From IMG/VR virus record IMGVR_UViG_3300031519_004372, positions 71,782 to 135,781 of that record: a stretch of 64,000 nucleotides of DNA. One strand, 5' to 3'. Source of the stretch: a virus. Below, in pieces: positions 10,401 to 19,765 of this stretch (positions are counted from its first letter, which is position 1; every line of letters starts with the position of its first letter). The translations under genes and the position numbers were made by a program. A model generated the notes under the pieces. The model was not told where the DNA came from, searched no databases, and saw only the letters and a program-made list of their open reading frames with translations.

Positions 10401-12206
10401 GATAATGTAAAAGCATATCGAGGAACGTCTTATGCTATGGCGTTCCAATCAGGTATCTCAACAACAGCAGGAAAATCATCTAATAACGGCCAAAGTTGGA
10501 CCAATGTTACATTATCGAACCCAGCTGGTACAACCTGGATTGACGTTGCGTATAAATCTGATAAGTGGATTGCAATATCAAGCGGAAGTGCTACAGATAC
10601 TTCTATTAGTACAAACAACGGATCAACTTGGACTGCCGGAACAACCTTAAGTGGCGAACACACAGGTATTGCATACGGAGTTGGAATATTTGTAGCTATA
10701 TCGCCTGGCAATAGTGTGTCAACAACCACTGACGGGACAACGTGGTCAACTAGAACATTACCAATAACATCAAATTGGAGTGATATTAAATATGCAGACG
10801 GCAGATTTGTTGCAGTAGGAACAAGTGATGCAGCAATTATTTACAGCTTTGACGGTATTACATGGTACGAAGCATATGTTAATATATCAAACTTATCAGA
10901 TAGTAGTAGTGGTACTTGGAATAAAGTTTCATATTCTCAAGGAGTATGGATGATTATTAACTCAACAGACGAAACTATTATTACTTCACAATGTGGTACT
11001 ATTTGGTCATCATTGTTAGATGACAGTACAACAAAGGCGTTTATTGTTGCTGGCGGATATGCAGATATTGCTGGAGGCCAATCGTCAGACGGATACCCAA
11101 TTTGGTTAGGAACAAAAGGTGGTTCAGACTTAAATGATGTTCAGTACGGAGCAAGACCCTTTATTAGAACATCAATAGTTGGATCAAGAATATCAGAATT
11201 TATTATATATGACCCAGGAAGTAACTATGCAACTGCGCCAGTTGTGTCTATCTACGATTATACTAATACAGTTGATGCCACTTACGAAGTAAGAACAAGT
11301 GCATCTGGTGTATTAGCACAACCTGTATTTTTAAATAGAGGCCAAGATTGGAACGTAGTATCTGCAGCAATTACCGGAGTTGGATATGCTGACATTTATC
11401 AAACAGGAAATATATTAGAATTAGTTTCAGTATCATCTTTACCAACACCGGGTGAAAACTTGATTATTACAGGCATTGATGATGTTATTTATAAAGTAGT
11501 AAATATTGAAACACAATCAGGCAGTGGCCCTTACAATTTAACATTAAAAATTAGTCCGTCAATAGGAAAAGCTGAATCACCTGAACACAGTACTTCTATT
11601 GAATTAAGAGAAAATTATAGCCAAATAAGATTAACTGGACATGATTTTCTTGATATTGGAACTGGTAATTTTAGCGAAACTAACTATCCTATTTTATACA
11701 CCGAAGGATATGACTTTGCTGCTGAATCAGAACCTAAACAGTTTAATGAAGTTCTTGAAAAAGGCGGCGGACGAGTATTTTATACTTCAACAGACCAAGA
11801 TGGTAACTTTAGAGTTGGCGAACAATTTTTAGTTGAACAAGCAACTGGTATTATAACACTAAACTCGTCTTTGTTTAATTTTACAGGTTTAGAAAGTTTA
11901 ACATTAGGTGGTATAACAATTGGCGGAACGGCTGTTGTTATTAATGAATTTTCTAAAGAACAAACGTTTATTGCAAATTCAAATAAAATAGTACCAACAC
12001 AACGGGCTATTGCTGCATATGTTTCATCAAGAGTAAGCGGCGGTGGCTCTGAAGCAAATACTAACACTCTTAATGCAGGTGTACTAAAAATAACAGGAAG
12101 CAATATTACAACAGCTGACAACACCCATATTCAAATGCCACAAAAAATGATTATAAAAGGTGGAGCAGATGGTCATTATTTGTCAAGTATGTATTATGGT
12201 TCTTAA
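7413..12206 (+). CDS. Large tail fibre/spike-like protein: N-terminal W/Y-rich repeats, putative beta-helix, inserted beta-propeller
   Basis: 1597 aa; about 8 repeats of W...T.Y..GD.V.Y.G..Y.C...HTS (CBM5/12-like); GDELRS...MFYVRNG..LRN segment; S.D/N.G.TW Asp-box-like repeats at about 10250-11150. Confidence 0.7.
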   Translation: MADFRIDRIRFRWKNIWTGTTVYIKDDFIVYQGKAYVCLIGHTSAASFYTDLNDAAPKWVLMQDGYVWKNQWLPSTYYDVGNIVKFNAYVYRCLTPHTSAATNLLGLVADNSKWEIVSKVTNWLHNWAISTDYNIGDVVRYNGYVYVVNTKHVSSATLALGLENDQSYWSQVTKSDHWIGDWTVSTRYKVSDVVRYNGILYRANQGHTSAEDYIDAEYSYWDIVNSGIEYKGEWVVSTRYRLNDVIKYGPSLWKCVLEHTSSELQFSYDERGPSDATNRWTIWLPGLEYETVWDYQRNYASGDIVLYGGYVYTALTNHQGSVPSAYGIEQDAAGANWELLKAGYKHLGEWAEDSTEYDYSTGDVVTLNGYLYICVTDSHEGASPDGSAYWQVLVTGRHNRAEWNDNTQYEKMDVVLFAGSAYLCSKQHLSTASGSRPDLDIPYEQEQFWTLLIQGEETNVLTERGDLRTTNSEVDSSMADERLAIRSAGMVLKSNNPFDATLATGTLPQWSDFGALPKVFYVSVENGQDVTTSGTTEGAPFKTIKYACDYIQANLAARAPATVFVKTGMYEEILPISIPADVAIVGDELRSTSIFPKEGYESSNMFYVRNGCGLRNLSLNGLTGTLGALNSFGTRRPTGGAYVSLDPGTGPADTTVHIISKSPYIQNVSTFGTGCVGLKIDGSLHNGGYKSVVANDFTQVLTDGIGYWAKFNGVSELVSVFTYYCHVGYLSENGGRLRATNGNNSYGDFGSVAEGVNPSETAKTGTINNQSKEAQVKIVETTGASVLAFGYSNAGTSYTGSPAIALTGSGYGASVAFEDIRDRAISEIRVTDPGDSSTAGGLNYTYIVNNAQTGTPTTIQLSAADVTGTETAYLGQRIFILSGAGVGQYGKIASYNAVTKLASIERESDSSAGWEHIYPGYQIETILNTSTKYAIEPRVIITEPAFSSAQKTAPHNMTAITASGSNFIAATTDVISYSTNKGDSWTTATGDITGSWDNVKAYRGTSYAMAFQSGISTTAGKSSNNGQSWTNVTLSNPAGTTWIDVAYKSDKWIAISSGSATDTSISTNNGSTWTAGTTLSGEHTGIAYGVGIFVAISPGNSVSTTTDGTTWSTRTLPITSNWSDIKYADGRFVAVGTSDAAIIYSFDGITWYEAYVNISNLSDSSSGTWNKVSYSQGVWMIINSTDETIITSQCGTIWSSLLDDSTTKAFIVAGGYADIAGGQSSDGYPIWLGTKGGSDLNDVQYGARPFIRTSIVGSRISEFIIYDPGSNYATAPVVSIYDYTNTVDATYEVRTSASGVLAQPVFLNRGQDWNVVSAAITGVGYADIYQTGNILELVSVSSLPTPGENLIITGIDDVIYKVVNIETQSGSGPYNLTLKISPSIGKAESPEHSTSIELRENYSQIRLTGHDFLDIGTGNFSETNYPILYTEGYDFAAESEPKQFNEVLEKGGGRVFYTSTDQDGNFRVGEQFLVEQATGIITLNSSLFNFTGLESLTLGGITIGGTAVVINEFSKEQTFIANSNKIVPTQRAIAAYVSSRVSGGGSEANTNTLNAGVLKITGSNITTADNTHIQMPQKMIIKGGADGHYLSSMYYGS
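9627..9664 (+). repeat. 38-nt exact repeat, second copy at 15379-15416
   Basis: GCTACTAACGGTAACAACTCCTATGGAGATTTTGGATC is identical in both paralogues; flanking synonymous sites differ. Confidence 0.9.
11766..11803 (+). repeat. 38-nt exact repeat, second copy at 16597-16634
   Basis: GGCGGACGAGTATTTTATACTTCAACAGACCAAGATGG is identical in both paralogues. Confidence 0.9.
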
Positions 12207-12252
12207 ACAAACAATGCTAAATGGCATAAATATAAAAAACGGAGTTTATTAA

Positions 12253-15200
12253 ATGGCTGAATTTAAATTAGGACGAATTAGATTTGTATGGAAAAGTGAT
12301 TGGGTCACTGCAACCGTATACTATAAAGACGACATTGTTAGAAACGGTGGTAACACGTATATATGTGTAAAAGGTCATACAGCTCCAGCATTATTTTCAA
12401 CTCAACAATCAACATATTGGAATAAAATTTCCGATGGACAAGATTGGAAAGGCGTATGGACAACTAACACTCTTTATAAAATAAATGATATTGTTGTATA
12501 CGGCGGATACTTATATATTGCAAACGCTGAAAATACTTCGGCTGCAACTGCTACACTAGGTTTAGAAGCAAATCAAAGCAGCTGGGATACCTTTGCAGAA
12601 GGATTTGAATATAAAACAGACTGGGCAACTAACACTAGGTATAAAGTTAACGATCTTGCCAAATATGGCGGAACTGTATATATTTGTATTACTGGACACA
12701 CATCAGCAGCAAGTACTGCATTAGGGCTTGAACAAGATCAATCTAAATGGCAAATATTTTCAGAAGGTTTTAATTGGAAAAGTGTATGGTCACCTGATTA
12801 CCGTTATAGAGTAAATGACATTGTAAAATACGGCGGAATTGTTTACGTTTGTACAACTGGACACACATCAGCTGCAACTGCTTCACTAGGACTCGAAACT
12901 GATCAATCTAAATGGCAGTTCTCAAATAAAGGTATAGAATATTTAGGAGACTGGACACCTACTACACGTTATAAAATAAACGATGTTGTTAAACACGGTG
13001 GCGCAATTTGGATTTGTGTAACTTATCATTCTAGTCAAACATACCTTACAGATGACGAATCTAAATGGAACCAATTTGTTGAAGGTTTGGAATTTGAAGA
13101 TAGTTGGAGTGGAACAGTTCGTTACCAGCCAGGCGACTTTATAACATATGGTGGGTATTCATACGTAGCTGTAACTAATAATTTAGGAGCAAGACCTACA
13201 TCAAGTCCTGCAGATTGGGACTTATTTACAGCAGGGTTCCGCTTTATAGGTGACTGGGGCGATGATAGCTCAAACTACGAATACTTTACAGGTGATGTTG
13301 TTAGACTTGGCGGATATACATATCTTGCTATTGCTGATAGTTCAGGACAACGTCCACCTAACGCAAATTACTGGCAAAAATTAAACAGTGGTGTTGCTTG
13401 GAAAAATGCACACGCTGATGCTACTTTATATGATGCTGGTGACGCTGTTAGGCAAGCTTCTAGTAGTTATATTTGTGTATTAGCACACACATCAAACACA
13501 GGAGTTACTGATCCTGCTAACGATTCTGGTGGCACTTATTGGAATTTAATGTCCGGCGGTCCTGAAACTGATGTATTAACAACACAAGGTGATTTAGTTT
13601 ACTACAGTGGTTCAGGTCCAGCTAGATTACCTGTCGGTGCTGCAGGACAAGTTCTTACAGTAAATGCAGCTTCAACTGCTCCTGAATGGACATACCTTGG
13701 AAAAATCAATAACATTTTTTATGTAGACACTAATATTGGTCAAGACCTTCCAGCATCAAATTATGGTGTAACATTAGCAAGACCTTGGAAAACTTTAAGG
13801 TACGCTACTGAACAAGTTGAAACTGGAGCATTGAGAGAAAATGCTACATACCTACTTAAAAGAAATAGAAACTTTATTGCAGAAGAAATTGTGCAATGGG
13901 TTAAATGGAACATTGCAAACCCATCGGGTATTTGGGCAAGTTTTACTTTAGATAGTGAAACAGCGTGTCGTAGAGATATGGGACAAATTGTTGATGCATT
14001 AGTTTGGGATATATCGCACGGTGGTAATAAACGAACAAGAGATGCTACTAACGCATATTTTCAAGCTAACGGAAATCTACTTACAGTAGTTGCAGATGAA
14101 GATGACCAAACAGTGGCTGCAATTAATTACGGACTAACAGTTATAGATAGAGTTCTAAGTAACTTAGCGCCAGCTACAAACTATCAAACAACAAATAGTT
14201 TTAGTCCGGCGCATGTACAAATAATTGATGCAACTTATACTGAAGAAACCGACGCTCAAGGCATAGTAACAAGTTTAGTAGGAGTTATTACAACAGCAAT
14301 TACAGCTGGTGTAAATACAAATGTTCCTGCAGAAAGAGTAGCAAACAATAGTATATTTGTTAAAACTGGACAATTAAATGAAGTATTACCAATAATTGTT
14401 CCTAGAGAAACTGCAATTATAGGAGACGAACTGCGTAGTACTAAAATTGTTGCAGCAGGAGCGTTAACAGCAGCCGCTGATACTCCAAAGAGTTTAGCAG
14501 CAATTGTTAGATTACAAGCTCTAATAAGCAATATTTGTACTAATACCGGAGTTACAAAAACTTCCGGAAATGCACTAAGTCAAATAACTACACGGGTAGC
14601 TGGATCAAGTGCAGCAGGAACTGCTGCAAGCGGATTGCTCCAGCAATTAAATGACTACATTGATTATCGTGTTAATGGCATAAGCGGTGACTCTACAGTT
14701 CCAGTAACTACAGGAACAAATACACCTAGTACGGATACAGGATATCTTTTTGCTGTAGAATGTATCGAAGCAAACAGAGCATTCCTTAAAGCAGAAGCAA
14801 TTGCATTTATTAATGCAACATATCCAAGTTATGTTTATATTGAAGCAAGTTGTAGTAGAGATGTTGATAGATACTTAGATGCAATTATACATGATATGAT
14901 TTACACTGGAAATTATAAAACATTACTACATGCACGTTATTACAGTAATTCAGTTAGCGGAAGTGTAACTGAAGATATGTTCTACATGAGAAACGGATCT
15001 GGATTAAGAAATTGTAGTATTAGCGGACTTGCAGGAACATTAGGTAGTGCTAACAGTTACGGAACTAAGAGACCAACAGCAGGAGCATTTGTAAGTCTAG
15101 ACCCTGGGTTTGGTGTATCAGATACAAGATCTCATATTGTTAGTAAGTCGCCATACGTACAAAATGTATCAACATTTGGTTCAGGATGTATTGGATTAAA

Positions 15201-17040
15201 AGTAGACGGAGATTTGCATAACGCAGGTTATGATTCAATTGTTGCTAACGACTTTACACAAATTTTAAGTGACGGTATTGGTGCATGGGTTACTAACTTA
15301 GGTAGAGTAGAACTTGTTTCGGTGTTTACTTATTATAATCATGTTGGATATCTAGCAGAGAACGGTGGTAAGATTCGTGCTACTAACGGTAACAACTCCT
15401 ATGGAGATTTTGGATCAGTAGCTGAAGGACAAGATTCAACAGAGGTAGCTATTACTGGTACAGTTGATAACAGATCTACTGAAGCAACAGTTACTAATGT
15501 ATTAACTGACGGCAATAATATTTTAACATTAGAATATTCTAATGCTGGAGTTGGATATACAGCTGGTGGAACAACTATAACTCCAACAGGAGAAGGATAC
15601 GGAGCTGTAATAAACTCAGCAGTTGTAGCTACAACTGGCGGAGTATATGAAGTTAGGTTATTAAACCCGTCAGATGATTTAGGCGGCGCTGGCTATGTAT
15701 CTGCAGGTGGTGTTGCACAAGCAGGAAATACAACACAGATAACAATCTCAAACACTGATGTTGGACTTAATACTACATACATTGGTATGAGTGTTTTTAT
15801 TACTGCTGGAGCTGGTGCAGGACAGTACGGAACTGTTGCAACTTATAACAGTGGATCAAAAGTTGCAACAATTACTAAACATAGCGATGGCTCAGCAGGT
15901 TGGGATCATGTTACGGGAGTATCTCCAGTAGCAGTATTGAACGATACTACAAATTATGTGATTGAACCTCGAGTAACATTTAGCGGTGGTGGAGTTAGTG
16001 CATACGCTGACATTGCCAAGGGGCGTGTTAGTATAGCCGATGGAAAAATAACAGAAGTTAGAATATGGGATTCGGGCACTGGATATAGTTCAGCACCAAC
16101 ATTTACATTAACAGACCCAAATAATACAGACGATGCTCCGCATGCAGTTAGGTACGGCGACGGCGTACTAAGACAGCCAACATGGACTAACAGAGGAACT
16201 TCATTTACTACAGCTGCTGCAACAATAGTAGGAGATGGTTATGCTGATAGATATCAAGCAGGAAATTTTGTACAGATTTCAGGATTAGCATCAACTCCGC
16301 AAGCAGGAGCAAATATTGCATTTGCTGGAATTTCAGGAGCATGGTATAAATTAGTAGCAGTTACTAATTTAACAGGTTCAGGACCGTATGCTGGATTATT
16401 TCAAGTTAGCCCAGTAATTAGCGTAACAGATGCTCCTGAACAGGGAGAGGTTATTACTGCAACAATTAGATATAGTCAAGTACGCTTAACTGGACACGAC
16501 TTCTTAGATATTGGAACAGGTGATTTTGCTACTACTAACTATCCTGGAACCCCTGCAGAAAGTCCAAATCAAGTAAGAGAAACAAATGATTTTGGTGGCG
16601 GACGAGTATTTTATACTTCAACAGACCAAGATGGCAACTTTAGGGTTGGAACACTATTTAGTATTGAACAATCAACTGGTATTGCAACACTAAATGCTGA
16701 TGCATTTAATATATCCGGGTTAAATCAGCTACAACTTGGCGCAGTTGCACTAGGCGGAACTGGTGCAACCATTACAGAATTTTCCACAGACGGAACTTTT
16801 ACATCAAACAGTGATAATATTGTTCCTACACAAAAAGCTATTAAAACATATATTACTAGTCAAATTGGTGGAGGAGCTGGTGAGCTTAATGTAAACAGTA
16901 TAACAGCAGGCGTAATACAAATTAGTGGTTCAACAATTACTACAACTACTAATGTTGCAATAAATACATTACAGAAGGTAAACTTTACTAAAGGTGTTGA
17001 CGGCCATCCGTTAGCAATGAATTACTACTTAAATCAATAG
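12253..17040 (+). CDS. Large tail fibre/spike-like protein, tandem paralogue of 7413
   Basis: 1595 aa; same N-terminal repeats and shared blocks (SKSPY.QNVSTFG, VANDFTQ, IRLTGHDFLDIGTG, GGGRVFYTSTDQDGNF); two helical insertions; TAAATA at 12227-12232. Confidence 0.7.
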   Translation: MAEFKLGRIRFVWKSDWVTATVYYKDDIVRNGGNTYICVKGHTAPALFSTQQSTYWNKISDGQDWKGVWTTNTLYKINDIVVYGGYLYIANAENTSAATATLGLEANQSSWDTFAEGFEYKTDWATNTRYKVNDLAKYGGTVYICITGHTSAASTALGLEQDQSKWQIFSEGFNWKSVWSPDYRYRVNDIVKYGGIVYVCTTGHTSAATASLGLETDQSKWQFSNKGIEYLGDWTPTTRYKINDVVKHGGAIWICVTYHSSQTYLTDDESKWNQFVEGLEFEDSWSGTVRYQPGDFITYGGYSYVAVTNNLGARPTSSPADWDLFTAGFRFIGDWGDDSSNYEYFTGDVVRLGGYTYLAIADSSGQRPPNANYWQKLNSGVAWKNAHADATLYDAGDAVRQASSSYICVLAHTSNTGVTDPANDSGGTYWNLMSGGPETDVLTTQGDLVYYSGSGPARLPVGAAGQVLTVNAASTAPEWTYLGKINNIFYVDTNIGQDLPASNYGVTLARPWKTLRYATEQVETGALRENATYLLKRNRNFIAEEIVQWVKWNIANPSGIWASFTLDSETACRRDMGQIVDALVWDISHGGNKRTRDATNAYFQANGNLLTVVADEDDQTVAAINYGLTVIDRVLSNLAPATNYQTTNSFSPAHVQIIDATYTEETDAQGIVTSLVGVITTAITAGVNTNVPAERVANNSIFVKTGQLNEVLPIIVPRETAIIGDELRSTKIVAAGALTAAADTPKSLAAIVRLQALISNICTNTGVTKTSGNALSQITTRVAGSSAAGTAASGLLQQLNDYIDYRVNGISGDSTVPVTTGTNTPSTDTGYLFAVECIEANRAFLKAEAIAFINATYPSYVYIEASCSRDVDRYLDAIIHDMIYTGNYKTLLHARYYSNSVSGSVTEDMFYMRNGSGLRNCSISGLAGTLGSANSYGTKRPTAGAFVSLDPGFGVSDTRSHIVSKSPYVQNVSTFGSGCIGLKVDGDLHNAGYDSIVANDFTQILSDGIGAWVTNLGRVELVSVFTYYNHVGYLAENGGKIRATNGNNSYGDFGSVAEGQDSTEVAITGTVDNRSTEATVTNVLTDGNNILTLEYSNAGVGYTAGGTTITPTGEGYGAVINSAVVATTGGVYEVRLLNPSDDLGGAGYVSAGGVAQAGNTTQITISNTDVGLNTTYIGMSVFITAGAGAGQYGTVATYNSGSKVATITKHSDGSAGWDHVTGVSPVAVLNDTTNYVIEPRVTFSGGGVSAYADIAKGRVSIADGKITEVRIWDSGTGYSSAPTFTLTDPNNTDDAPHAVRYGDGVLRQPTWTNRGTSFTTAAATIVGDGYADRYQAGNFVQISGLASTPQAGANIAFAGISGAWYKLVAVTNLTGSGPYAGLFQVSPVISVTDAPEQGEVITATIRYSQVRLTGHDFLDIGTGDFATTNYPGTPAESPNQVRETNDFGGGRVFYTSTDQDGNFRVGTLFSIEQSTGIATLNADAFNISGLNQLQLGAVALGGTGATITEFSTDGTFTSNSDNIVPTQKAIKTYITSQIGGGAGELNVNSITAGVIQISGSTITTTTNVAINTLQKVNFTKGVDGHPLAMNYYLNQ

Positions 17041-17055
17041 ATATGGAGAAATAAA

Positions 17056-17373
17056 ATGGCAAGTGGAAGATTAGGAGCAAATGATGTGGCAGCGGCAACA
17101 TATACAACAGTATATACTTGTCCAGCTGATACATTTGCTGTTGTAAGCATTAACTTTTTAAATAGAGGAAATGCATCGTGTTTTGTAAGATTAGCAGTAG
17201 CAGATGCGGCAACACCAACAGCAGGAGAATTTTTAGAATATGATACAGAACTAACAGCTAAGTCAGTTCTAGAAAGGACTGGACTTGTGTTAAGTGCTGG
17301 TCAATTATTAGTTGTTTATTCGAACATTGCAAACATAAGTGCTGTGACGTTCGGAATCGAAACAGCGGCATAA
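17056..17373 (+). CDS. Small beta-rich virion accessory protein (family with 1327 and 6697)
   Basis: 105 aa with GGAG RBS; VYTCPA..FAVVSINFLN ... LERTGLVLSAGQ ... FGIE. Confidence 0.65.
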   Translation: MASGRLGANDVAAATYTTVYTCPADTFAVVSINFLNRGNASCFVRLAVADAATPTAGEFLEYDTELTAKSVLERTGLVLSAGQLLVVYSNIANISAVTFGIETAA

Positions 17374-17397
17374 ATACAATGACAAAGGAATTATAAA

Positions 17398-17730
17398 ATG
17401 GGAAGATATATTAATGCAACTCCTGGCGTAGCATCAGTAGTTCGTACAATTAGTACAACTTATCAAGCTCTTGCAAACGATCGTATACTAGCAGACGCGA
17501 CAAGCGGTGCTTTTACAATTACATTACCGGCGGCAGCAGACGCTATTGCAGGAGATGTAGTACAAATTTACGATATTGCAGGACAAGCAGCTACAAACAA
17601 TATTACAGTTGGCCGAAATGCATCTAACATAGGCAGTACGGCAGCAGATTTAGTAATCGATGTAAGTAATGCAATTGTTACGTTAACATATACTAACGTA
17701 ACCTATGGTTGGGTCGTTACAAATAACTAA
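17398..17730 (+). CDS. Small fibre-associated protein resembling the T4 gp34 N-terminal repeat unit
   Basis: 110 aa; ANDRILAD.TSGAFTITLP...GDVVQIYD..G.A.TNNITV.RN ... TLTY....GW; TAAATA at 17371-17376. Confidence 0.55.
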   Translation: MGRYINATPGVASVVRTISTTYQALANDRILADATSGAFTITLPAAADAIAGDVVQIYDIAGQAATNNITVGRNASNIGSTAADLVIDVSNAIVTLTYTNVTYGWVVTNN

Positions 17731-17749
17731 GAGCATGGAGAAAGTTTAA

Positions 17750-18742
17750 ATGGCAAATCTGTCAACATTAATAGTAGCTAAACACCCGACCTACGCCGGG
17801 ACTGAAAACAATATGGAAACAGGTAAACTGTTCTATTTCTCCCCTGTTCAAGAACATGACCAATGCACTAAGGTTACCTGGCAAAGTCCCGGGGTGGGAA
17901 CAGCACGGGTAGAAATTTGGGGAGCAGGCGGAAGCGGCGGCAAAATGTGTTGCTGTGGACAAGGCGTTCCGGGAAATCCTGGAGCATATGTTGTTAAAAC
18001 TTTTATAACTGATGCAGCAAGCAGAGTTTGCGGATGTATTGGTGTTTCGTGCGGTAATAACGATACTTTGTGCTATCGAGGACAAAGTACAGGTTCGTGT
18101 GTATGTTGGTTTGGAGCAGCTTCAGATTCAGCACTTTGCGGATGTTTATGTGCAGAAGGCGGCGATGGCGGAACAACATATTGCAGTCCAGACAGTTCTC
18201 ATTATTGTTGTTTTGTAGCTGATGCATTATTTTGTACAACAGTAGGAACTGCACCTTCAGGCACTGCCTGGGGAACAGGATGTGGCATAGCATGCAATAC
18301 AAGACTTGCAATTGCAGCAGCTTATGGTGGAGATATTAACTGTCCGGGTGGAGTTAGTTGTACAAGTTTTTATAACTGTGATAGTGCAAACCATTGTTAT
18401 GTACAATGGCATATTAAAGGACCAGCAGGCGTTCATGCAACAGAAGGCACTAGGATAACATTTTCTGGAGACAACGATAGTGCAATCTCAAAAGGCGGCA
18501 CAGCACAGTATCAATCAACTCATAAATATGCACTAGAAGGCGCATCAAGACAACCGCAAAAAGGAATGGACTTAGCATTGTGTTACTTTAGTAGACATTG
18601 TGGTTGCTACGAAAACAACGGTTGCCAAGTTACACTACCACATGGTCATCCAGGAGCACCAGCAATGACATGTAATAGTGTTAGAGATGGCGGCCAAAGA
18701 GGCGGCATGGGGGCAATAAGAATATTGTGGAAAGCAACATGA
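17750..18742 (+). CDS. Cys/Gly-rich putative fibre-tip protein 1
   Basis: 330 aa with 28 Cys (manual count); VEIWGAGGSGG..CCC glycine-rich-domain motif. Confidence 0.65.
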   Translation: MANLSTLIVAKHPTYAGTENNMETGKLFYFSPVQEHDQCTKVTWQSPGVGTARVEIWGAGGSGGKMCCCGQGVPGNPGAYVVKTFITDAASRVCGCIGVSCGNNDTLCYRGQSTGSCVCWFGAASDSALCGCLCAEGGDGGTTYCSPDSSHYCCFVADALFCTTVGTAPSGTAWGTGCGIACNTRLAIAAAYGGDINCPGGVSCTSFYNCDSANHCYVQWHIKGPAGVHATEGTRITFSGDNDSAISKGGTAQYQSTHKYALEGASRQPQKGMDLALCYFSRHCGCYENNGCQVTLPHGHPGAPAMTCNSVRDGGQRGGMGAIRILWKAT

Positions 18743-18763
18743 TAATTTATAGGAATTTAAATA

Positions 18764-19756
18764 ATGGCAACTCTTAGTTCAATACTTAATAACAGAATAG
18801 CAGACTTTGCACCTGATGAGACTAATCTAGAAGATGGAGAGATTTACGTTTTTTGTTCCGGCAGAGAATTTGGATGTTTTACCAGCTGTCTTGCTTGGAC
18901 GGCACCTGCTGCAGGAACTGCAAAAATTGAAATTTGGGGTTCTGGCGGCAGTGTAGGTTGTCAGTGTTGCTGTAACTATAGTATAGGCGGCCAATCAGGA
19001 GCATATTCTAGAAAAGATGTTACTATGGGTGCTGACGGATACGTTTGTGGAAACACAGGACACCCGTGTATGCCTAACGCAGGTTTTTGTTATTCAGGAT
19101 GTTCAGAAGCAACTTGTTTAACAGTTTGCACAGGTGCATCAGGTACTTGTATTTGTATGTGTGCAGAAGGCGGCAACGGCGGAGGCCAATGGTGTCGTAC
19201 TAGTACTAGTCACGTATGTTGCTTACAAAAGTGCTGTTTTGGTGTTGTCTTTCCATCTCAAATGAGTACAGGATGTGGATATGTATGTGGATGTAGAAAT
19301 ACATACGCTGTAGCTACAGCATACGGTGGAGATATTAACTGTCCAGGAACTTATAGTTGTGTTTACATAAGCACTTGTGATATTTCTGGCAACAGATCAT
19401 ACGAAACTAATTCAAATGCTATACCTTATGGACAGTACACAACAGGTCAATCAAATGCAATGTCAAGTGGTGACAACGGTACAAACATACAAGGACAAAA
19501 TCAATCAGGCGAAGGTAACGCTAACTCAACTGCGGCAAAGTCCGCTATAAACAGAAATAGTGGATTTGGTATATCCCAAGGCCAGCAAGCGTGTTGGGCT
19601 TCAGGCACTCATTGCGCCTGCTACGAAACATATGCGTGTATTCCGTGGGTTCCACCAGGACAAGGTGCTAATAGAATGATGGGTTGCCCAGATGTAAGAA
19701 ACGTTGGTGCCCGAGGTGGACTTGGCTACATAAGAATATTGTTTAAAGCGACATAA
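18764..19756 (+). CDS. Cys/Gly-rich putative fibre-tip protein 2
   Basis: 330 aa with 32 Cys (manual count); IEIWGSGGS.GC.CCC, C.C.CAEGG, AYGGDINCPG, C.CYE. Confidence 0.65.
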   Translation: MATLSSILNNRIADFAPDETNLEDGEIYVFCSGREFGCFTSCLAWTAPAAGTAKIEIWGSGGSVGCQCCCNYSIGGQSGAYSRKDVTMGADGYVCGNTGHPCMPNAGFCYSGCSEATCLTVCTGASGTCICMCAEGGNGGGQWCRTSTSHVCCLQKCCFGVVFPSQMSTGCGYVCGCRNTYAVATAYGGDINCPGTYSCVYISTCDISGNRSYETNSNAIPYGQYTTGQSNAMSSGDNGTNIQGQNQSGEGNANSTAAKSAINRNSGFGISQGQQACWASGTHCACYETYACIPWVPPGQGANRMMGCPDVRNVGARGGLGYIRILFKAT

Positions 19757-19765
19757 GGAAATAAA

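Noticed and set aside
18326-19344. 20-nt identity (GGTGGAGATATTAACTGTCC) between Cys-rich genes 1 and 2 as a recombination site
   Set aside because: It is short and covers a conserved peptide (GGDINCP), so it is plausibly explained by protein conservation alone
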